A stretch of 64,000 bases of DNA from Candidatus Levyibacteriota bacterium (GCA_027459745.1 DAIDHL010000004.1:79240-143239), one strand, 5' to 3'; counted from the stretch's first letter, positions 9,737-19,223 are shown. Numbers and translations are program-made. The notes: generated by a model not told the origin, from the sequence alone.

Positions 9737-11818
9737 TCATTGACATTCAAAGGTACATAATTGCAACCCACCCGCACCATGTGAACATTTACTTATAACC
9801 TTACATCCTGGTAAAGCCGTATTGGCCTGCTGTAATAAATCCGCAGGAATCTTCCATTCAAGCAAATAATTGCCGGTTTGTGAGATATCGGTCGAATAAG
9901 GTCCAAGCGCCGTGCCGTTGGATAATTGTGCTGTCAGCTGTAGCTGACCAAAGCTAAAGTCAAAAAAACTAGCCCCGCCTGTAGTATCGGTAACCCCGCT
10001 AAATTGTTGACCCCCAGAGCTTAAAGTTAAACTTACATTCGCAATTCCTTCATTGCCATCATAATAGCCGTTATTATTGTTATCAGTATACACAATAACC
10101 TTCATGGATAAATTGGCTGACGGTGTCGCTGAAAGACTAACCGTGCCGTCAGGACTTAAGGTAGGCGACGAGGTTATACCTTTGGCTGACAGAGGTTGAC
10201 TGCTGCAAGCTGGAGAGACCTCAGTCCTATTCAAACAAACTGCTCCTTGTTGGGTATTTACGGGTTGTTGATCCATTTCTGTAGCTTGTAATGCTTTCTC
10301 TACATTAATACAATTATCTGAATAGCCACCATATAAATCATTACACGCCAATAACATATCAATATACATATCCGAAAAATTCGCAGATGGAATTAGATAA
10401 TGTGTCAAAGCCCGATATTGAATCTGATAACTGGCACTACCAATACCATTAATCTGACAACCATTAAAACTACCACCCTGTGTCATTAAATAAAATGCTT
10501 TATTCATAATTCCTTCATTAGTATGAATACCGCCACTATCCTGACTATCACAAATGTATAGTGGTGAAAAAAGCTTATCCGGCTGTCCTGTTAAAGTCGG
10601 ATCATTTAAGTATCTAAAAGGAGTTTTTACACCAGTGAGATGTACATCTTCACCGATCGACCAGTTATGATCAAGACCCGTAGCAAAAATGTCTGAATTA
10701 CTTTCGTTTAAAGCTCCTGACTGATAACTATAGATTAAGCCTGCTGTATAATGTGTCACAGCATGAGTTAATTCATGTGCAACAATATCCAACACATCCA
10801 TGCCCGCACATAATTCAATCCCTCCATCGACATAAGCTGAATTAGGACAAGGAAACCCTGCAATATCTGCCCTATTAACATAACCAAACAATGTAGCGCC
10901 TTTATTATCGATACTGTCACGATTAAAATTATTGAAATAGAATTTATAAACTTTTCCGAAAATATCATAAAGTTTATTCACATCTAAATTTGCGGAAGAC
11001 GACTGACCTTCTGTACGACTCACCACACAATTATCTGAGCTATTACAATTACTAATATTGCGTGATAACAATGTTTCTACCTGATTTTCCTGATAAACAA
11101 TTTCCCCACTGACTAAATCCACAAAATAACGCTTTGCAAAACTTATGGGTTTGGTCTTTGAAGTAACCAATACAGCTAAAACATGGTAGGTTGTACCATC
11201 AGCGCTCAGTCCTAGAGCCTGTAGATTTAGTAAATATTCCTGCTCTTCATTCACGGTCAAACTCAAATTGGGATTCTCTTTTCGTGCCTGATTCAGAGCA
11301 ATTGTTTTTGCTTTTTGGTGATTAATTTGCGTGAATAACGTACTAGGCTGCTTTGTAACAACAACCCCTGCCGCAGCATATATCTCATCCGTGTGCTGAA
11401 TATGAATTGCAATAATACCGTCATAGACAGGAATATTATCGATAGTTTGTTGATAAAAATAATGCTCTGTTCCGGGCAGGTAATCAGTAGGATTTTGCTT
11501 GTCAATCATACTTCTTTGCAGTACTACATTGGAAAATGTATTCAAACCACTACCAAAAATTTTATTGGGATTTGCTCGAATAAAATCTAACGCAGCTGAT
11601 TGCCCTTGTTGATTTGATTTATATAAATAACCGCTTTGTGTATAAAGCGAAAAGGCATTGTCATTGCCATGGGTTACACTATATGAATCTTTTCCTAAAA
11701 TCTCGCTATTAATTGTAACTTGATTAAATACATAAGTTATTAACGAAACGATGGTTAATAGTATAAAAGCTGGAATAAACCAGTATTTTTTTAAATACTG
11801 TATTACTTTCTCTTTCAT
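9737..11818 (-). CDS. membrane-anchored extracytoplasmic thermolysin-family (M4) zinc metalloprotease
   Basis: N-terminal signal anchor; IVAHELTHAVTHYTAGLIYSYQSGALNESNSDIFA matches the thermolysin HEXXH...NExxSD active-site region; the C-terminal region is Cys-rich. Confidence 0.85.
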   Translation of the reverse strand: MKEKVIQYLKKYWFIPAFILLTIVSLITYVFNQVTINSEILGKDSYSVTHGNDNAFSLYTQSGYLYKSNQQGQSAALDFIRANPNKIFGSGLNTFSNVVLQRSMIDKQNPTDYLPGTEHYFYQQTIDNIPVYDGIIAIHIQHTDEIYAAAGVVVTKQPSTLFTQINHQKAKTIALNQARKENPNLSLTVNEEQEYLLNLQALGLSADGTTYHVLAVLVTSKTKPISFAKRYFVDLVSGEIVYQENQVETLLSRNISNCNSSDNCVVSRTEGQSSSANLDVNKLYDIFGKVYKFYFNNFNRDSIDNKGATLFGYVNRADIAGFPCPNSAYVDGGIELCAGMDVLDIVAHELTHAVTHYTAGLIYSYQSGALNESNSDIFATGLDHNWSIGEDVHLTGVKTPFRYLNDPTLTGQPDKLFSPLYICDSQDSGGIHTNEGIMNKAFYLMTQGGSFNGCQINGIGSASYQIQYRALTHYLIPSANFSDMYIDMLLACNDLYGGYSDNCINVEKALQATEMDQQPVNTQQGAVCLNRTEVSPACSSQPLSAKGITSSPTLSPDGTVSLSATPSANLSMKVIVYTDNNNNGYYDGNEGIANVSLTLSSGGQQFSGVTDTTGGASFFDFSFGQLQLTAQLSNGTALGPYSTDISQTGNYLLEWKIPADLLQQANTALPGCKVISKCSHGAGGLQLCTFECQ

Positions 11819-11890
11819 AGTATTATCATACAGGATTATTCAGTGGAGATAAAATAACTATCAAAGGCTGAGATTTAGCCTATTAAAAGC

Positions 11891-14800
11891 TTAAACTATA
11901 CCTGTTTGATCAGAATCACCATTGCTCATCAATGCAGCCGATGAAACTGCTGGTGGAGCGAATGTCATACCAGTAGCGCTGAGTGGCATAGATGTCGGAG
12001 TCATAGAAGAAGCTGATGGTATTTGATCTACTGTAGTAACTGACGGAACTGGGGTCAAACCTGCTACTGGATTTACTTGAGGTATGGAATTCACTCCACT
12101 ATCAAGCGTAGGAGCAGTGTTCGGGCCAACATTATTTATAGAATTTGTATAACTCTGTGCAATATCTCCAATAGTCTGCATTAACGGCTGGCTATCAGAA
12201 CTTGAAAGATCTGAGGGAGCTTGTTTAGATGTACTAACAGCTGGTGTTTCAGTTAAAGGTTGCTCAACTTGCGCTTGTATATTAGGAGTAGTATTGGGAT
12301 TTAATGAATTAACAACCTGATTCGATTGAGAAGTAGTATCGATAGTGGTGGCAGTAGTATTAGATACTGATGCAGTAGGACTATTTACTGTTTGTCCGAC
12401 AGCTTGAGGTTGCGGTTGTAATTTGGTAAAACTAAACTCCGATTTCTGTTGATCGTAATCAATTTTGATGATATCTCCAGCTACAAATGTTTTGTTAATA
12501 ATCATCATGGCAATTGGATTTTCAATAGCTGACTGGATCAAGCGACGTAATGGACGTGCTCCATATTGCGGATCATACCCTTCTTTAGCTAAGACCTCCA
12601 GTGCCCCATCCGTAATTTGCAAAGAGAAGCCCTGATCTTTAAGTAATTTATTAGTCTTTTCCACACCTAATTTAGCAATATATTTCATGTCTTGCTGTCT
12701 CAACGGTTGGAACATAATAATCTCATCAAAACGATTTAATAACTCAGGACGGAAAAATTTATGCAAATCGTCGGAAACTTTGGCCTGCATTTCTTTATAC
12801 ATTTTTTGATACTCTTCGGGTGTTTTGGTTGGTTTGGACAATTGATCCTGAATGTCCTGACTACCAATGTTGGAAGTAGCTATCACTATAGTATTTTTGA
12901 AAGAAATTGTATTACCTTTATTGTCTGTTAAACGTCCATCCTCCAATAGTTGTAACAAAATGTTAAATACATCAGGATGAGCTTTTTCAATTTCATCTAG
13001 TAAAACGATCGAATAAGGCTTTGCACGCACAGCTTCGGTCAATTGTCCTCCTTCTTCATAACCCACGTAACCTGGAGGTGCTCCTATTAATTTCGCAACC
13101 TCATGTTTTTCCATATATTCTGACATATCTAATCGCACCATGGCGTCATCTCGACCAAATAAAATTTCGGCTAATGTTTTGGCCAATTCGGTTTTTCCTG
13201 TACCAGTGGGCCCCAGAAAGATGAAAGAAGCAATCGGACGATTGGCTGCGGCCAGACCAATTCTTCCTCTTCTGACTGCTTCTGCAACTCCGTTGACTGC
13301 TGGTTCTTGATCAATCAATCGCATATGAATACGCTTTTCTAGCTCTAATAATTTTTGACTTTCATCTTCTGTTAATTTGGTAATAGGAATTCCTGTCCAA
13401 GCACTAACTACCTTTTCGATATCAGAGCGTTGGATGGTGTTATCTTGGCGTTTTCCAGCAGACATTTGCAACTTCACTTCCGCAGCTGCCTCGTCCAATA
13501 AATCTACTGCCTTGTCGGGCAAATAGCGTTCACCAATATATTTTTTAGATAATTTAACAGCCTGTTTTAAAGCATCATCTGGGATAGTAACATGATGATA
13601 ATTCTCATATTTGGTTTTTAATACTTGCAGCATTTTTACCGCAGTTTCCTCATCCGGTTCCTCCGCTATGATGGGCTGGAAACGGCGAGCAAAAGCTTTA
13701 TCTTTTTCAAAATACTTTCTGTATTCTGATGTTGTAGTGGTACCGATAATTTGTAATTGTCCACGAGCTAAATTCGGTTTAATGATATTAGAAGCATCCA
13801 AAGCACCCTCATTATCCCCCGTACCAATTAATGTGTGAATTTCATCAAAGAACAAGATCACTTGTCCTCCACTTGACATGGTGTCTTTCATTACACTGCG
13901 TAGTCTTTCTTCAAACTCCCCTCTATGACTAGCGCCTGCTACTAGTGATGAGACATCAATTTGAATAATCTTTTTGTTTTTCAACTCTTCAGGAACATTA
14001 CCTGACACAATCGCCTGAGCCAAACCCTCTACAATAGCCGTCTTACCCACACCAGCTTCACCAATAATAATTGGGTTATTTTTGGTCCTACGTAATAGAA
14101 TATGCACTAATCTATCAACTTCTTTTTCTCTACCTGCAACTGGATCTAATCCACCTTCTTTAGCTTTTTCTGTTAAATCTACACCAAATTTATCTAATAC
14201 TGACTTTCTTCCTTCAGTATAGGCGGATGATTTTTCCAACTTTGCCACAACTTCATCTTTTCTCACACCTTGGGCTTGCAATGTCGCACCACTAGAGGAG
14301 GGGAAAATTGCTAACAAAATGTCTTCCGGAGCGATAAACGAACTACTACGCTCCTTTGCAGACGTAAAAGCAGTTTCAAAGATTTGTTTAACTTGATCAC
14401 TCAAAGTTGGTTGGCCCGTAAAAGTACCTGGTGTTTCCTTGGTTTGTACTTCACGTGATAACTTAGCTACATCTACCTTAAATTGCTCCAATAGCTTATA
14501 GATCTCAGTATCGTATAGCAGACCAAATAGTAATTGTTCAGGCATGATAACTGCCTGCTGAACGCGCATTGCTTCTTGTTTGGCATGCATTAAGACCTGC
14601 ATAGAACGACTATCTAAATGAGAAAGCGCCGACAAATCTTCTCGACGTGAAGGATCCATTGCCGCACTATTGGCTGTAGCGGGAGCAGCGATGGGAATTG
14701 AGGGAGAAGTAGGAGCAGTTGTAGTTGTGGTGCTAGTCTGTTGGAAAGTCTGAGTAGGTAAAGCCATCGCAGCAACAGGAGCAACTACCACTGGCCCACT

Positions 14801-14944
14801 GGCACTAATAGTTGCAGAGCTACTTTGAGTGGTTTGTGTGGTTTCTGTCACAGGAGGAATTCCAGCTGATTGATCAGTAGATACACCATTATCATTAGTC
14901 TTTGTACCACCAAATAAATTTCCCAACATATATCTATTGTTCAA
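11891..14944 (-). CDS. clpC: ClpC/ClpB-like Hsp100 AAA+ unfoldase with long low-complexity N- and C-terminal extensions
   Basis: Two Clp_N repeats, NBD1 GEAGVGKTAIVEGLAQ, a short UVR-like middle domain, NBD2 GPTGTGKTELAKTLA, and the sensor and arginine-finger motifs. No [IVL]GF ClpP-docking tripeptide was found. The N-terminal roughly 100 aa and C-terminal roughly 250 aa are S/T/P/Q-rich. An annotated TTG start is followed by the first ATG five codons in. Confidence 0.9.
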   Translation of the reverse strand: MNNRYMLGNLFGGTKTNDNGVSTDQSAGIPPVTETTQTTQSSSATISASGPVVVAPVAAMALPTQTFQQTSTTTTTAPTSPSIPIAAPATANSAAMDPSRREDLSALSHLDSRSMQVLMHAKQEAMRVQQAVIMPEQLLFGLLYDTEIYKLLEQFKVDVAKLSREVQTKETPGTFTGQPTLSDQVKQIFETAFTSAKERSSSFIAPEDILLAIFPSSSGATLQAQGVRKDEVVAKLEKSSAYTEGRKSVLDKFGVDLTEKAKEGGLDPVAGREKEVDRLVHILLRRTKNNPIIIGEAGVGKTAIVEGLAQAIVSGNVPEELKNKKIIQIDVSSLVAGASHRGEFEERLRSVMKDTMSSGGQVILFFDEIHTLIGTGDNEGALDASNIIKPNLARGQLQIIGTTTTSEYRKYFEKDKAFARRFQPIIAEEPDEETAVKMLQVLKTKYENYHHVTIPDDALKQAVKLSKKYIGERYLPDKAVDLLDEAAAEVKLQMSAGKRQDNTIQRSDIEKVVSAWTGIPITKLTEDESQKLLELEKRIHMRLIDQEPAVNGVAEAVRRGRIGLAAANRPIASFIFLGPTGTGKTELAKTLAEILFGRDDAMVRLDMSEYMEKHEVAKLIGAPPGYVGYEEGGQLTEAVRAKPYSIVLLDEIEKAHPDVFNILLQLLEDGRLTDNKGNTISFKNTIVIATSNIGSQDIQDQLSKPTKTPEEYQKMYKEMQAKVSDDLHKFFRPELLNRFDEIIMFQPLRQQDMKYIAKLGVEKTNKLLKDQGFSLQITDGALEVLAKEGYDPQYGARPLRRLIQSAIENPIAMMIINKTFVAGDIIKIDYDQQKSEFSFTKLQPQPQAVGQTVNSPTASVSNTTATTIDTTSQSNQVVNSLNPNTTPNIQAQVEQPLTETPAVSTSKQAPSDLSSSDSQPLMQTIGDIAQSYTNSINNVGPNTAPTLDSGVNSIPQVNPVAGLTPVPSVTTVDQIPSASSMTPTSMPLSATGMTFAPPAVSSAALMSNGDSDQTGIV

Positions 14945-14956
14945 TTTTTTTTTGTA

Positions 14957-14979
14957 TTAGTCAAGCTGACTAATCATGC
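14957..14979 (-). promoter_or_regulatory. palindromic TTAGTCAAGCTGACTAA element, 14-30 bp upstream of the clpC-like start, sharing a 12-mer with the hrcA upstream region (26391-26402)
   Basis: A perfect 7-3-7 inverted repeat. On the coding strand it contains TTGACT (-35-like). The identical TTAGTCAAGCTG occurs upstream of the hrcA operon. Confidence 0.35.
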
Positions 14980-15019
14980 TAATTCATAATTTCAACGTCA
15001 GATTTCTAAACTACTTTAA

Positions 15020-17935
15020 TTAGGAATAATCTTTTGTTTCTGGTTTTGTATCTACTTGTTTATCATCTTTTACAGATTTTTCACTTTGTTCTTCTCCATA
15101 AGCCTTAAGAGGCATATCTAAATGTTGTTCCAGTGTGTTCTCTTGAGTCTTACTGGCCCTTTGAGATAACAGAGTATCTTCTTCCTCTTCTTGCTTGCCT
15201 AAAGTAGCCAAGACTTCTTTGGCAGCTTGTGCTTTGGCCTTTAAGTAAGCCACGATTTCTGATTGAGAGAAACCACCAATCAAGAGGAAAGGCAGAATAC
15301 CTGATACACGCTGCATACCCTGACTTACTTGCAATTGATCTGGAGAAGAAAGCAATGAAATTGTCTCCGTTATCTCTTCGATATCTGACTGTAACCATGA
15401 TTTACGATCATTAATTCGGCCATCCAAAGTTTCTGGAACATCCATGCTGGTATAGTTATCAGACCACATTTGTCTGACTGCTTCGTAATCTTCAATACTT
15501 ACAGTTTGAATACGATTGGAAGTAGGTAAATTAGCAGAAGCACCTGATGTTTGTACTCCATTCTGGGCCAAGAGCTCCAATACCTTTACGGCCAAAGGAT
15601 CTCCTTTTTGCTTAGCTTCACGCAAAGACTTTAACAGACGTTGCACTTGCGCAATAATATCGGGAGATTGTGTCGAATTTAATAACTCAGTAGCTAATTT
15701 ATTTCCTTTGCGGCTTTCTTGTTTAAGCTGTTCGTGTAACTTCGTCACGGTGGGTAAATCTAACTTGCCTTTTTGTGAAACTAACTTGCTTGCAGCCAAG
15801 ACATTTACCGCTACAGGATTATTGCGCGTACTTTCCTGATGCAATGCCTGCACAAGAGTGGTTAAGGTTGAAGGCATGTTAGTCGTAGATTGCGTAGCAA
15901 TTTTTTGAATCATTTGGGAGATACTTTCAATCTCGGTCTTATTTATAGTGTTCATGGTCGAGACAACCAGAGAAGCAGTGGCGTTTCCTTTTTCGCTCTG
16001 TTCCACGATGGTTTGACGTATCTCATTGGCTTTAGTCCTCTCCATTTGAGTCGTAGCGTTAGTGGGATTTAAGATTGTGTTCATAGTTTGCTGTACCGTG
16101 TTTGCCGTCTGTTTACTGACAGTAGTAGCTGTGGCTAAGGTCGCTGCTTGCAGAATATTTTTGGCCAATACATTGCCCTTCTGACTCTCCACCATCAATC
16201 TCCCTCTGATCTGCCGATATGTATCCTGCTGGGCACCCATTGCACTAGTAGGGTTGGCAATTTTAGCCAAAGTCTGTTCATAACGCATGGAAGTAGGTGA
16301 AGACTTATTACTCATCATGCTCTTTTCGAATTGAGCAATATCTCGCATCGTGGGGACATTAAGACTGGTCAATTTCGTGATGTCCGAATTAATTTTTACG
16401 GGTAACTGGACAGGTTGATTACGTCTAATATCCACGTTCACAGGCACTTTGAAGTTCGCACCAAAGGGCAATGATTTAGCCAGCCCAGCCGGCTTATATT
16501 TACCTGGTGGCTGAGGAGCAGCAGGCGCTGGTGGAGGAGGATTAAACAAAGTTGGACTTCTAGCTATCAATTGCTGAACCCAAGCATTTTCATTAATTGA
16601 GAACGAGTTTAGATAGTCAAGGAAGATCTGTAATAGAATAAAAGGCAATAAAATCACTACCCACAACATCATCAAAGCTACCACATATTCGGCGAAGGTT
16701 TCAATATAATTCACGCTGTTATTAATGCCAACCTGTTGTTTCGGACCACCAAGTAAGATATTTATAGCGGTAGGAAATCTATCTAATAATTGAGGTGATC
16801 CAGCCTTAAAAGTTGAGGGATCCTGTCCACCTAAGACAGCCGAAGAGTTATAAGTCTCACCAGCTAAATCGGTATGTGTATAGTCTGTAAAGTTAAGTGG
16901 AATGTAATGAACCCATACACTTACTAACCCTGCTAGTAAAATTGAAAATAAAGGCGCGTATAATAACCAACGAAAGAACTCGCCTATCCATATTTTAGCA
17001 GTATTACGAACAGGACTAAAAAACAACAGTAACGGAAAGACCGGAGACAAAATAATAAAAAACCACATGATAATCTTACGCAGTAATAAAATCCCTACCA
17101 TTACGTAGTAGGTAATGGCTGTTAACTTAACTAATAATAAAGCAATAAAAGCAGATTCTGTAGAGTTAGGATCCGCCAAACGCAAACCGACAAAAGTAGC
17201 ATAATCCCATCCTACAAATAACAGATCTTTTTGCGAAATGTTATTGGGGGCATATGTAGGACTCTTAAGGAAAAATAGCTGAACGATATCTCCAAGCTGA
17301 TAAAGAAATTGAATAATACTCCAGGAGAAATAGACTAGAACTACAATAACGACAAAGCGAATCATGAAACGTCTTACGGTCAAGCTTCTGCCTCGAGTGG
17401 CAATGATAACAATAGCCGCAATAATCAAGACTACAGCCAATAAAGCATATACTATTTCGCTAATAGTCGCCCAAAAAATCTGTAATGGATTTTGCGATGC
17501 AGCTCCTACACTTCCTGGTATCAAATATACCCAGCTAAAATTTTTTGCATTTAAAGTCCAGTCAAGTAGGAGCCCAGCGCGGGCTGCATTTTGTCCAACA
17601 AATGTTACCTCACTATCTGGCACATATGTACCCGTGGGAACTGGCGTAGTACCAATTGAGATTGCCCCTCCTCCCCCTGGTACAGTAGTAGTAGGCGTGG
17701 GGGTGGCAGTAGGAGTCATAGTGGGTGTGGGTGTAGAGGTAGAGACTGCAACAATAGTATTACATGTCCCAACTCCGCCCGCACCAATAATACAAGTCTG
17801 CGTATTGCCTGGAGGTACACTATCGCATCTTATTGCATTTGTTCCACAGGTAGTATAACTAGCAAAAGTATGTGAAAAACTAAACGAAAATAATAATATG
17901 AATAAACCGATTACTATGGGCAGTTTTTTAAGCAT
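15020..17935 (-). CDS. giant polytopic membrane protein, VirB6/TrbL-like architecture
   Basis: Signal peptide, a Cys-rich plus TPT-rich linker, about 6-8 TM helices, a poly-Pro stretch (NPPPPAPAAPQPPG), and a roughly 400-aa hydrophilic tail carrying repeated [QE]KGN/KGD alpha-helical motifs. It lies downstream of a pilin-like gene. Confidence 0.45.
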   Translation of the reverse strand: MLKKLPIVIGLFILLFSFSFSHTFASYTTCGTNAIRCDSVPPGNTQTCIIGAGGVGTCNTIVAVSTSTPTPTMTPTATPTPTTTVPGGGGAISIGTTPVPTGTYVPDSEVTFVGQNAARAGLLLDWTLNAKNFSWVYLIPGSVGAASQNPLQIFWATISEIVYALLAVVLIIAAIVIIATRGRSLTVRRFMIRFVVIVVLVYFSWSIIQFLYQLGDIVQLFFLKSPTYAPNNISQKDLLFVGWDYATFVGLRLADPNSTESAFIALLLVKLTAITYYVMVGILLLRKIIMWFFIILSPVFPLLLFFSPVRNTAKIWIGEFFRWLLYAPLFSILLAGLVSVWVHYIPLNFTDYTHTDLAGETYNSSAVLGGQDPSTFKAGSPQLLDRFPTAINILLGGPKQQVGINNSVNYIETFAEYVVALMMLWVVILLPFILLQIFLDYLNSFSINENAWVQQLIARSPTLFNPPPPAPAAPQPPGKYKPAGLAKSLPFGANFKVPVNVDIRRNQPVQLPVKINSDITKLTSLNVPTMRDIAQFEKSMMSNKSSPTSMRYEQTLAKIANPTSAMGAQQDTYRQIRGRLMVESQKGNVLAKNILQAATLATATTVSKQTANTVQQTMNTILNPTNATTQMERTKANEIRQTIVEQSEKGNATASLVVSTMNTINKTEIESISQMIQKIATQSTTNMPSTLTTLVQALHQESTRNNPVAVNVLAASKLVSQKGKLDLPTVTKLHEQLKQESRKGNKLATELLNSTQSPDIIAQVQRLLKSLREAKQKGDPLAVKVLELLAQNGVQTSGASANLPTSNRIQTVSIEDYEAVRQMWSDNYTSMDVPETLDGRINDRKSWLQSDIEEITETISLLSSPDQLQVSQGMQRVSGILPFLLIGGFSQSEIVAYLKAKAQAAKEVLATLGKQEEEEDTLLSQRASKTQENTLEQHLDMPLKAYGEEQSEKSVKDDKQVDTKPETKDYS

Positions 17936-17936
17936 A

Positions 17937-18368
17937 TTAATTTATTTTGTGATATTCGTAATCTGAATTCTTCACATACTGATCATTTTTATATAGTTGA
18001 ATCCACTTTTTTTCTTGCCCTACCGGGACTGTAACTTCAAAAACAATATCTGAACCAGTTTGGCTATAACTACCATTGGAGTTATATTGTATGAGTCTTG
18101 CAGGTTCTGCATTCTCCAAGAATAAGCTTACTGCTTCATTATAATTAGTATTATCCACTGTAACTAAAATCTTACCCGGCACATAAGGTGATAAGCCAAT
18201 AATTCTATAAATTCCAGTTTGATAGACAAAAGATGGGTTATTAAAAACATACAAATAAAGAATGAACATAAATAATGTAACAAAAACTCCAAATAAAAAG
18301 CCCGTAACAAAAGAGTACTTACGCTTGGATGGCTGTGAAATTTTTATTGGCATAACTTTATGCTCCAA
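17937..18368 (-). CDS. small bitopic membrane protein (one TM helix plus a C-terminal soluble domain)
   Basis: 143 aa with a single hydrophobic helix near the N-terminus; it is coupled to the flanking genes by 2-nt and 11-bp junctions. Confidence 0.45.
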   Translation of the reverse strand: MEHKVMPIKISQPSKRKYSFVTGFLFGVFVTLFMFILYLYVFNNPSFVYQTGIYRIIGLSPYVPGKILVTVDNTNYNEAVSLFLENAEPARLIQYNSNGSYSQTGSDIVFEVTVPVGQEKKWIQLYKNDQYVKNSDYEYHKIN

Positions 18369-18666
18369 ACCCTGGCAATTTTAAGATATCGACCAAAACA
18401 ATCTGGATAAACAAATAGCCAAAAATGGCTAATAATAATCCGGCAATCGCATAGTATAAATAACTTTTACCATTACGTAGTGCGGCTGGATCTCCTTGCG
18501 AAGTTAAGAGAATATATGCACCATAAAGAATAAAGATCAAGGACAATCCACCCATAATACTCAAACCAATCCCATAAAACTTTTCTGCAAAGGCAACGGG
18601 ATCAGTAGGTATACAACCGAAATCAGTTGTGATTCCAGTTCCTCCATTTGGCAAAGTACACTGCAT
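18358..18666 (-). CDS. T4SS pilin-like small protein (VirB2/TrbC-like or Gram-positive T4SS_pilin-like)
   Basis: 102 aa with two hydrophobic helices separated by a short polar loop (GIGLSIMGGLSLIFILYGAYILLTSQGDPAALRNGKSYLYYAIAGLLLAIFGYLFIQIV), typical of conjugative and T4SS pilins. It is the first gene of the operon. Confidence 0.5.
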   Translation of the reverse strand: MQCTLPNGGTGITTDFGCIPTDPVAFAEKFYGIGLSIMGGLSLIFILYGAYILLTSQGDPAALRNGKSYLYYAIAGLLLAIFGYLFIQIVLVDILKLPGFGA

Positions 18667-19223
18667 AATATAACGTTAGCAGAGATAGCCAATAAAAACA
18701 ATATTATGACGGCTAAATTTGTTAAATTAACTTAACTGCTCATAACAAAAAAACACTCCCAGCTGAATAGACTGAGAGTGTTTGAGATTTTGAAAATAGT
18801 ATTTGTAAAAGAAATTTTTGCAATCATTAAATAAGTTATCTTGGTATAACCGTTTCAATATTATCTCGCCCTATTAAGCTTATATTGCTGAACAGTCTTT
18901 TGATTTATAGATAAGTTAATTTAGATTCCAAATATAGATTTTGTGTAGCCTTCTTGGTTATTATTGTAAAACTTTATAGCTGAATGACCCAAATTAATCT
19001 TATCAATATTGAGAATAATGATATTATTTGTTATCGAACAGGATATTATATTTCAAACAACAACAAATTCAAAAATTTCTTTATATATTCCTTTTTCCTT
19101 GTACCTCCTTCTGATAAGAATCATATCAGTCATTACTGAAAAATGACTTAATAATTTATAATATTTCTAACTAACCCTGAGCTTGTATTGTCCTAGAGTA
19201 ATTGACATAATTACCCCTCTCAA

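Noticed and set aside
13021-13838. Plus-strand ORFs 13021-13224 and 13611-13838
   Set aside because: They are antisense inside the clpC-like gene.
14945-15019. Palindrome TTAGTCAAGCTGACTAA as an intrinsic terminator after the VirB6-like gene
   Set aside because: On the transcribed (minus) strand the hairpin is followed by an A-tract rather than a U-tract. I interpret it as a promoter or operator element for clpC instead.
17364-17858. 164-aa plus-strand ORF, and the similar antisense ORFs 15150-15398, 15516-15839 and 15890-16072
   Set aside because: They are embedded antisense within the 971-aa membrane protein gene, have low-complexity composition, and there is no intergenic space.
18667-19223. 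Possible tRNA or tmRNA in the long AT-rich spacer
   Set aside because: I found no cloverleaf-compatible sequence (no GTTC-type T-arm plus acceptor stem with CCA context) and no tmRNA tag-reading frame. I leave it as a candidate sRNA or regulatory region only.
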